A DNA stretch of 64,000 nt. It comes from the human T2T-CHM13v2.0 reference genome, Homo sapiens. A program made the position numbers and the translations under genes. The stretch lies in the NCBI RefSeq assembly GCF_009914755.1, contig NC_060944.1, one strand, 5' to 3'. The notes beneath the pieces are model-generated. The model was not told where the DNA came from and made no database searches. It worked only from the letters and a program-made list of their open reading frames with translations. Below, one piece after another: positions 53,214 through 64,000 of this stretch (positions are counted from its first letter, which is position 1; each line of letters starts with the position of its first letter).

Positions 53214-53877
53214 CGAGAATGTCAGGCGACCATTGGGTGATGGTCAGGTGGTTGTTAACTGTCTCTCTAAAGTAATAATTTGCCATAGCCAGCACCAGGG
53301 AAAGGCAGTTTCTCAATAAACATAAACACCTGAAACTGGTGATCAGAAGCTTCCTAAGAAGATCTCAGGAGCTGGGCGAATGGGTTCATGCATGTGCATT
53401 AAGAGACAAAATGGTAGAGTTTAACTGGTATATGACCTTCTAGGAATATCTGACTGGTAAGGGAAGAATACCTCAAGCGAGCATGCGTACAGCTCCAGTA
53501 AACACACTGCGGATGCTCCCCTCCCAAGGGCTTGCAGGCCACTGCACATGTACACAGCCTACCCCACGGAAGAATCAGGGGAGAAGGACCACAAGACTCC
53601 GGAAACATGCCAACATATAAAACTTCAAATCAAAAGGTCAAACCAAGGACTTGATCTCTCAGGTCACTCTCTTGGCCCTCTTGCAAGTGTACTTTACTTC
53701 CTTTCATTCCTGCTCTAAAGCTTTTTAATAAACTTTACATTGAACTTTAGACAACTCTTGGTCTAAAACTTGCCTCAGTCTCTCCTTCTGCCTTATACCT
53801 CCTCAGTCAAATTCTTTCTTCTGAGGAGGCAAGAATTGAAGTTGCTGCAGACCTGTATGGATTCGCTGCCAATAACA
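53113..53877 (+). mobile_element. MER50 ERV1 solo LTR with an (AC)n microsatellite
   Basis: CAGACATGAGCAGAGCAGGAGAGGG..GAATGTCAGGCGACCA ... GGATTCGCTGCCAATAACA; TSD CGTG/CATG; (AC)n at 53166-53211; TATAAAA at 53616; AATAAA at 53727. Confidence 0.88.
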
Positions 53878-55111
53878 CATGTATATTTGTTGAATAACTA
53901 TATGAAGAAATTGCATTGCAGATAAGGGAAGATAATACCGAACTTCTCCCTTTAAGAGTCCTTGACTCTCACATCATGAACGCTACAGGATAGCAATATT
54001 AGGCAGAAGGTTGTCACACCTGACTCAGTGGTGGCAACTTTAATAAAATCCAAGGATTCATGCATTAAACTTTTTGCAGGACATTGGGTGAGCCATGTAG
54101 GTGGTATAAATTATGGAATCCAGCCATTCTACAGTCTAATGGAGAGGCTATGTATAGAGGTTGAACTGGAAAAGGTTATTTCAACTTTAGAAAAATTTCT
54201 TCTAAGGAAAATTCATGTGGGAATTTAAGGAAGTTAATGTCTAGCACCCATTTTTTAACCCATCCAAATTTGGAACCAACAAGGAGGTGGATGCAGACAT
54301 CAATCAGAATTCAAAGTATAACTTTTATGTCTCAAAAATGCTAAATGCAGGAAAGTGCTTTCTATCTGCTCTCCAATATGGCTTCCTGAGTGGAATTTGT
54401 GTATGAATTACAGGTTCTTGGGAAAACACCAGTTGCCCCATGGGGGCCTGGTACTGAAAAACTTACATAATGAAAGGGATGAGAATGTGAATGATCTTTG
54501 CTAGCAGGCTGGTACCACAGAGCAAATTGACACCAGCTTGGAATTGAGCTTCTTCTGAACTCACCTATCAATTGAGTCTTTTCTCCTGTCCTTCAGAGGA
54601 CTGGGTAAGGGAATGGAAAAAGACCAGAAGTGTTACCCTTTAGAAATCTCTTTAATGGAAACATGAAATCAGGGAAGGGAGACTCCATCCCCAGCAGACA
54701 ATATGAAAATGCCTTCTTACCTCCTTCTCTAGGTACACTGATAAATTGTTTTCTTAGCACCTGCTGCTAAACTAGAGAGGTTTAAGAGACTTGTATCTTA
54801 AGAGATGCCATGGCAACAAGGATAAAGAACCTGTGGCAGATGGGACATGTTTATCCAGAGACAGTGTTTGCTAGTGGCACCTTACAAAGAGTAAATAATG
54901 ATGATGATGATGATGACAATATTAGTAACAATTCTACTCTGGAAGTTACTCCAGAAGTGAAGAGAGACGGGTTTTATTTTGAGTGAAAAATGGAAAATAG
55001 AAACCAGAAGCATTAAAGGATATAAATTAAGATTAAAAAATAAACAATGTGAGAGGGATATGATGAAGAAATTATTAGCCATGACAATTTGGTGTTAGCC
55101 TCTGTTTAGAA

Positions 55112-55381
55112 CAGTGTTCGTCAAATTGTTCTTTATTACTGACCCCGTAAAGAGACTTTTTAGATGTTTTCATACTAATCTCCTCCCCACTCCACCCAAT
55201 TGATAAAACCCTAACACCAAGATATCCCGTGTATCTGTTTATGTTACTCTGGTCCTTTGATGGGCCAAAGGCCACTGTAACATCTAAAATCCTGCCCCCC
55301 ACCCACAACACCACACACACACCAAAAACCAATTTTATTTCCTTTGGAAGCAATATTGCCCCTGTTGATTGAGAATGCATG
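55112..55381 (-). mobile_element. hAT-Charlie MITE (MER20B-like)
   Basis: Ends CAGTGTTCGTCAA and TTGAGAATGCATG; family name from recall. Confidence 0.55.
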
Positions 55382-55823
55382 GCTTAAGACAGTAACAAAT
55401 ACTTTATATTCTGTGTCCATTTCTTCAGGCCTTTTGGATTCCTTCAATTCCTCATAAAGAGACCTAAAACTCATGACCCAGGAAGAAACTAAAAATTGTT
55501 TTCATAAAATGACCAGGTATTTTTAAAACATTTCACTGCTTGAATTAACATTTTAGCAGCCAGGTAAGGTTTTATGTCTCATAATAGCCCATTCACACAC
55601 CCTGCCCTAGCAACCAATACTTCTTCATATTATCACCATACAAAACTACACAGTCCATCAGTCAATCAGGCAAGCAGTCTAGCAACTTTTAAAAATCAGT
55701 TTAGAGGGTTTTTAAAAGGTAGATTCCAAACTTATCATCCTTTAAAACCAACAGTGCAATTGGTAGAAACTATGGTGGTTTGTCTATGTCAAATCTGTGA
55801 CACAGGCCCCTAAAATAAGGCAT

Positions 55824-56165
55824 TGTATCAGTTAGCTACTGCTGCATAACAACACATCCCAAAACTCAATACCTTAAAGTAATAAAAACTTACTATTGCT
55901 CACATGTCTCCAGGTCAGCTGCATATACTTGTGGTCTTGACTGGGCTCATTCATGCCTCCATATTGTATTTTGAAGAAGCAGCTCTGCAGTTCTTGGCTA
56001 GTCTCTCTCATATGTTTGGAGGTTAGCTGGCTAAAGGCCAGTCTAGGAAGCCTCTAGATGTTATAATTGGGCTCCCCTCCATGTGATCTCTCTTCTTCCA
56101 GAAAGCTAGCCTGGCCTTGGTAGCATGCAGGTATCAGGGGTCCAAAGAGAGAGTAGACACTACAC
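55824..56165 (-). mobile_element. MLT1G/H-like LTR fragment
   Basis: TGTATCAGTTAGCTACTGCTGCATAACAACACATCCCAAAACTCA. Confidence 0.7.
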
Positions 56166-56451
56166 TAGGTAAACTAAGTAGCTTTTATGATTGTTAGATA
56201 AATTAGTAAATCACAAGTAAAATAAACAAACACACAGCACTGATGCCCATAAGTACTGATTTCCTTATGAAAAAGAGAAACCGAGTGGCATAATGGAAAG
56301 GGAATTAAAGTAAGGGCCAGAGGCTGGATTTCTTATTCTAACTTTCCTAGGATGTAACTTTAGACGAATAACTCATGCTCTTTCATTCTCCATTTCCCCA
56401 CCTGTAAAGTGTTATGCCTTTTCTTCCCATCTCCAAAGCTTGTTCTGATGA

Positions 56452-56777
<326 letters not shown>

Positions 56778-57800
56778 TGAAATGGTGAAGCTCCATATAA
56801 ACGTGACTTATTGTCCCTTCCCCCATGTGTTTGCAATCTCTGAACCATTCCTTTTACTAATTGCTATAATTAATAAGCAGAAATTTTCTGTGTTACTTGA
56901 GTAAAAGGATTGGAGAAACTGTTCTTCAAGAAAAATGAGGATACTTAGCTTTAATGTTTGGCTATGTTGGTAAAAAGCCAAATGACTTTGGGAAACCCCT
57001 ATGACCTTGGGAAACCCATATGACTTTGAGAAAGCCTGTGACGCTTGACCGTTAAATTCTTTGAAGGGAAAATCACAGTCCCAGATTTTATTATTTCTGA
57101 GGTTTCTTCCATCACTCAGATTCTAAATGAACCGAGCTTTTATTGCAACAAGTTAAAATCTACGTTTATGTTAGTAGAGTTAAAAAGCAAAGGAGATAGA
57201 ACTAACTGACCCAGGCATTCTGGTGGATTAGAAGGAATAAGAGAATATTCTTAATTACAGTGAACCTTTGGAAATGAGAGGAAAGAGAGAGGAACAGAAA
57301 GGGAAACAAGATTTGGAGAGGACAATAAGGAGGAAGAGTACTGAAGAGCTAGAATGAGAGGAATAGGCTTAGATTACGGCATTATCCACAGGTCTTAAAC
57401 TAAAGTTCTATCAGCTGGAACCCAGAAGGGTGTTGAAAAACCAGCACAGGACTTTTACAAAGTGGAATGTTTTTAGTTGGGGCAAACATATTCCATTTGG
57501 CCATAGCTCCCAACACTCAACCCAAATCATACCTTCGTGTTACCTGCTTGCTTCCTTTTAGGAATCTGATTTTGCAATCTCTGGTTGTTACTGAGCAGTA
57601 ATTAAAACACAGCTCCCCACCCCAGCAGCTCCAGTTATATACTGGATGGAAAAATTACCCTATGTCTCTATTGTCTCTAAACTGTAAGCAGTAACATCTA
57701 ATTTAGGGGGTTTGTGGGAATAAAGGGGATTAGCAAGTCTAAAGAGCCTAGCAAAGTGGCTGGCTCATAGGAGGTACTCACTCAATCTTCATTCTTTTTT

Positions 57801-58187
57801 CCTTTCCTTCCCTTCCTTCCTTCCTTCCTTCCTTCCTTCCTTCCTTCCTTCCTTCCTTCCTTCCTTCCTCTCTCTCTCTGTCTCTCGCTCTCTTTCTTTA
57901 TTTTTGAGACAGAATCTCCCTCTGTTGCCTAGGCTGGAGTACAGTGGCCGGATCTCTGCTCACTGCAAACTCCGCCTCACAGGTTCAAGTGATTCTCTTG
58001 TCTCAGCCTCCCAAGTAGCTGGGATTACAGTCATGTGCCACCAGGCCTGGCTAATTTTTGTATTTTTAGTAGAGACAGGTTTTCACCATGTTGGCCAGGC
58101 TGCTCTCGAACTCCTGACCTCAATTGATCCACCCACCTCAGCCTCACAAAGTGTTGGGATTACAGGTGTGAGCCAGGGCACCCGGCC
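57801..58187 (-). mobile_element. Alu (AluS) whose tail expanded into (TTCC)14 and (TC)n
   Basis: TSD TTCATTC(T/C)TTTTT at 57788-57800 and 58188-58200; (TTCC)14 at 57813-57868. Confidence 0.95.
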
Positions 58188-58474
58188 TTCATTCCTTTTT
58201 TCTATCTGTCTCTCTTGTTTCTCTCTCTTCCATTCATTTCTCTTCTGCCTATTTTCTTCATTTGTCTGTCCTTTTTCTTTCTCCCAGTCTTTCTCCTCTC
58301 TTCTCTCCTGCCTCTGATGCAGGGGCTCACACCTCAGGGACCTCTGAGCTCAGCTCCTACTCCTCAGAAAGGGAAGTACTTCCTCCAAGATTAGAATCAG
58401 CTCCTGCTCCATTCCTACTTTTAGGAGAATTTTACTGCAAGATTCATGCCACAGTGACAAGAGGAGAATGAGGG

Positions 58475-58713
58475 TGTCTCAGAATACCTTCGATTGGATG
58501 GCTTATAAACAACAGAAGTTTATTTTTCACAGTTCTGCAGGCTGGGAAGGAAGCTCTCTGGGCCCGTTTCACAAGGGCAATAATCCCGTTCATGAGAACT
58601 GCACCTTCATGACCCAATCACCCGCTAAAGGCTGCACCTCTTAATAGCATCACCTTAGAGGCTAGGGTTTTCAACATATGAATTTTGGAGAGATGAATAT
58701 TCAGACAATTGCA
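58475..58713 (-). mobile_element. MLT1A/MSTD-like LTR with internal deletion
   Basis: GGCTTATAAACAACAGAAGTTTATTTTTCACAGTTCTG ... TTCAACATATGAATTTTGG. Confidence 0.75.
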
Positions 58714-59239
58714 GAGGAGGCTTCCTTTTCTGAACTTGGGGCTTCTAGAATCAGTTTCATATCCCTGGACGAAAGTTTTATCAGAAAATCAGGATTCCAA
58801 ATACCAAAAGTAGAGAACAAAAAGTGATTTGGAAAAAAAAAAAAAAAAAAAAAAAAAAGGCCAACAGCTGCAGCTACTTACCTCCCATATCAAACGAAGT
58901 TATTTTAATTACTTTACTCTTTCTTCTTTTAGTTGAAATTGTTTGATATGGCCAATACCGAAATACAAATGGAAAAACACCATGGTTTTGGTTTTTAAAT
59001 GGTGATTTTCTTAAATAATTCTGCACTCAATGCCAGTTTAATTGTTTCATTTATTTCTTGATGGTGCTGCCCTTTATGTAAAGTTAATGGTGTGAAATGC
59101 ACTAAAGAAATATAACTCGGATTTCTGTTAATAGTTTCTGAAACAATCTAGAAGATGATTGTAACCATTAATGAGATTCCTTTTAATTTTTTATTGTAAT
59201 GGGTTATTTATTCTTTCTACATGGAATTTTGCTGGGTAA

Positions 59240-59735
<496 letters not shown>

Positions 59736-60126
59736 TGATTGGCCTTCAAACCACAAGCTGACTTTCATGTCTTTCGGGGTTAGAGCCTCTGTTACCCAGA
59801 GCTGCAACCTCAGTATAAAACTCTTCATAGAGTACTAGGAAGGTGAAAAGTGACTTTCCTGACAACTAGGCCATGGTGTTCCTTACTGAACATAAATAAT
59901 GCTCACAGCTCAAACAAGATGGGATAAGACCACTTGGCACCCAGGAAAAATGATTAACCATGGCCTTCTATTGTTCAACAAGTGACAGATGATTCTTTAC
60001 GAAATGTGCATCCAGCCCTGCTTTAACCTTCCCACAACCTAGAGAAAATTATTCAGATATCCCAGCTTCTAGACAATGTCCAATCCAGCATGGCCCCTGT
60101 TTTATTAAACCCTCCCTAGAGTCATC

Positions 60127-60486
60127 TGCTACGGGCTAAATGTTTGTGTCCCTTTGAAATTTATATGTTGAATCCTAGCCCCCAAGGAGGTAGTATTAGG
60201 AGGTGGGGCCTTTTGGAAGTAATTGGGTCATGAGAGCAAATGCTCATGAATGAGATTAGTGCCTTATAAAAGAGGCCCATGGGAGCTCAGTTACCCTTCC
60301 ACCATGTGAGGACACAGCCAGAAGGTGCTGGCTATGAGGAACAACTCTCACCAGACACCAAATCCATCAGTGCCTTAATCTTGGTCTTCCCAGCCTCTCT
60401 AGTACTGTGAGAAATACATTTCAGTGGTTTATAAGCTACCTAGGCTAAATAGTATTTGGTTATAGCAGCCCAAACAGACTAAGACA
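60127..60486 (+). mobile_element. MLT1A0-type solo LTR
   Basis: TGCTACGGGCTAAATGTTTGTGTCCC ... CAAACAGACTAAGACA; perfect TSD TCATC. Confidence 0.92.
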
Positions 60487-60618
60487 TCATCCAACATAAA
60501 CCCATATCCTGTAAGAAGGATTTTCAACCCCATTACCAAAAACCCCTACCAAGAACGCCCCAACTCCTCAGGGAGGGGTTCCTCCTTTGCTGTAGCAAGC
60601 TAAATAAATCTCACTTTG

Positions 60619-60920
60619 GGCCAGGCATGGTGGCTTACACCTGTACTCTCAGCACTTTAGGAGGCCAAAGCAGGAGGATTGCTTGAGCTCAGGAGTTCCA
60701 GACTAGCCTGAGCAACATAGTATTATAAGACCCCATCTCTACAGAAAATTTAAAAAGTTAGACAGGCATGGTGACATGCACCTATAGTCCCAGCAACTCA
60801 GGAAGCTGAGGCAGGAGGATCACTAGGGCCCAGGAGTTCAAGGCTACAGTAAGTTATGATTGTGCTACTGTACTCCGGCCTGGGCAACAGAGCAAGACCC
60901 TGTCCCTAAATAAATTAATT
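60619..60920 (+). mobile_element. AluJ
   Basis: GGAGGATTGCTTGAGCTCAGGAG; TSD AATAAATCTCA. Confidence 0.94.
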
Positions 60921-61299
60921 AATAAATCTCATGTTGTCTGACTCAAGGTGTGTTCCTGAAGGTCAGTGAGCTTTTCATAAGTACTTGATTAATGAATTTT
61001 CTTTTTTAAAAAATCAACTAATTTTGTGAGCGTCTTCCTTTCCAAACTGCAACTCAACTTCTATGGCACCATTCTCTCCTGATCTTCCTGCTAGTCCCTT
61101 ATCTTCTCTGCCTCCTTTTTTGTTCCTTTTCCTAAGTCTGCCCATTACAGGCTGGTGTTCCCTAAGATTCCATCCATTTCCTTTTCCTAAGTCACAGTTT
61201 TTCATCTATAAAATGGATATAAATGTTTACATATACTGAGGTAGAAAATTGCTAGTTTCCACCAATATTCATTCTTTCTCTCTTCCATAGAAATCAACT

Positions 61300-62400
<1,101 letters not shown>

Positions 62401-62559
62401 AATGTGAATATTTTTAAGCCGGTGCTATTTTTGGTCTCAGTCACATGTGGCTGAAACCATGTTCTAACACAAGGATTGTTACAAGTATTAATTAAAATAA
62501 CACAGGTAGCATGCCTAGTAAAGGAGGAACAAAACTCATCTGACACAATGGTTTCCTTT

Positions 62560-63100
62560 AGTGCCTATCAGCTGACAATTCCCAAATCTTAATCATCAAC
62601 CTAAACCTTTCCAGACCCATGTATCCAATTCCTTAGTAAAATCTCTACCTCAGAAACAAAGTGTCCATATCTGAACTTTCTCCATTCTTCTTCCTTTAAT
62701 TGTATCTAAGGGGAACAATCACCATCAATTTAGTTGCCTAACATAGCAACTTAAAACCATCTTATAGGCTTTCAACTCTTTTGCCTTCCACGTCCATTTG
62801 GTTTCCATGTCTCATTATTCTGTTTCCTAAAAGGACCATGAATCTGTCCTCTCTACCCCCTCTAAGTCTTCACTTTCTTAATCACTGCTTTAGTTCAGAC
62901 CTGTGGCATTGCCCTTTTTGACTCCTGCAATAAACACTTCCAGTCTCACCTTTATCATGTGAAAGCACTTCTTGTCTTTGTTGGCATGACTGTTTCCCCA
63001 TTAGACTAGAAGACATTTGAGGATAGTACATTTGTTTTTCTTTATATACCTAGTGCTTAGCAGAGTCACTGGTAAATAGCAGTTACTGAATAATTAATAA
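62560..63100 (+). mobile_element. L2 fragment
   Basis: CCAGACCCATGTATCCAA..CCTAGTGCTTAGCAGAGTCACTGG..ACTGAATAA. Confidence 0.6.
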
Positions 63101-63154
63101 GAATCTGAAACACCTACGAGCAGGTAACAGGGCTCTATGTGTGTTCATGTAATT

Positions 63155-63381
63155 CAGGGGTGTCCAATCTTTTCGCTTCCCTAGGCCACATTAGAAGAAG
63201 AATTGTCTTAGGCCACACTTAAAATACACTAACACTAATAATAGCCAATGAGCTTAAAAAAAAAAAAAAGTCACCAAAAAATCTCATAATGTTTTAAGGA
63301 AGTTTACAAATTCTTGTTGGGCTTCATTCAAAGCTGTCCTAGGCCACATGCAACTCATGGACCGTGGGTTGGACAAGTTTG
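63155..63381. mobile_element. MER30 MITE inserted in a MIR
   Basis: CAGGGGTGTCCAATCTTTTCGCTTCCCTAGGCCAC ... GGGTTGGACAAGTTTG; TSD ATGTAATT/ACTTAATT. Confidence 0.92.
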
Positions 63382-63905
63382 ACTTAATTCATCTTCAATA
63401 TAGCCCTATGTGGTAAGTACTATTACCCTCTCTTTACAGAGGAGGAAATTGAGGCATTAAGTGGTTACATAATTAACAAATTTATTCAACTAGGAAGGGA
63501 CAAATTAAGAATAGATCCCAGATATTCACTAATTGATGAAAGAAATAAGAAAGGGTGAATGAATTGATAAACAGAGATTATTCTCTATTTTATGAATATC
63601 TAGTAAGCCTCTCATCTGGGCTCATTTGCAAAACATACTCTACCACAATGCCAGAGAGATATCTAGAAAAATCCATTGGACCCCAAAACATGTGCTCTAT
63701 CTTTTTACTAATGCCAGAGATTTCACCATCAGAATCCATTGCCCTCTCTTGAAGTTTTGCTCTCCTAAGTTACCAATGCACTTTGGAAGACAAATAATTT
63801 TGGTTACTCACTGTCATGTATTCTTTAGTGTGGATGAATGAGGTTAGGATGGGTGGAGTTGGGATGGGAAGGATCATGAGAGCTGTGGTCTTCTAAGTTG
63901 GGTGG

Positions 63906-64000
63906 TGATATGTCATGTTGAATTGTAACTCCCACAATTCCCACGTGTCATGGGAGGAACGTGGTGGGAGGTGATTGAATTATGGGGATGGGTCTTTCCT
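63906..64000 (+). mobile_element. THE1 LTR, cut by the window end
   Basis: TTGAATTGTAACTCCCACAATTCCCACGTGTCATGGGAGG. Confidence 0.88.

Larger units (their letters stand above)
59790..60977 (+). mobile_element. Old ERV1 LTR (MER31-like) split by MLT1A and an Alu
   Basis: CCTTACTGAACATAAATAAT..CCTTTGCTGTAGCAAGCTAAATAAATC..GGTGTGTTCCTG; family from recall. Confidence 0.5.

Noticed and set aside
61123-61193. 16-bp direct repeat TTCCTTTTCCTAAGTC
   Set aside because: Low-complexity micro-duplication at an L2/MIR boundary with no recognisable insert between the copies

Overview
Primate, human-like non-coding DNA (intronic or intergenic). I find no credible protein-coding gene, RNA gene or CRISPR-type system. 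The ORF-track entries are mostly Alu read-throughs, decayed Tigger1 and L1 fragments, or chance ORFs. The window is dense in repeats: about 23 Alus (J, S and Y), solo LTRs (THE1, MST, MLT1, LTR16, MER74-like, MER41A, MER4D, MER50, MER31-like), a full-length Tigger1, MITEs (MER2, MER5, MER20, MER30, MER53, MER58) and L1/L2/MIR relics. Family names come from my recall of consensus sequences and need a Dfam check. Two structural signals stand out. First, a 136-bp stretch at 17184-17319 appears stitched from three nearby unique-sequence pieces, with microhomology at the joins, which suggests serial template switching. Second, the tail-to-tail Alu pair at 30288-30930 has swapped target-site duplications (TSDs), the expected scar of an Alu-Alu inversion. 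I do not see evidence for a new biological system beyond these rearrangement scars and two unverified exon candidates.
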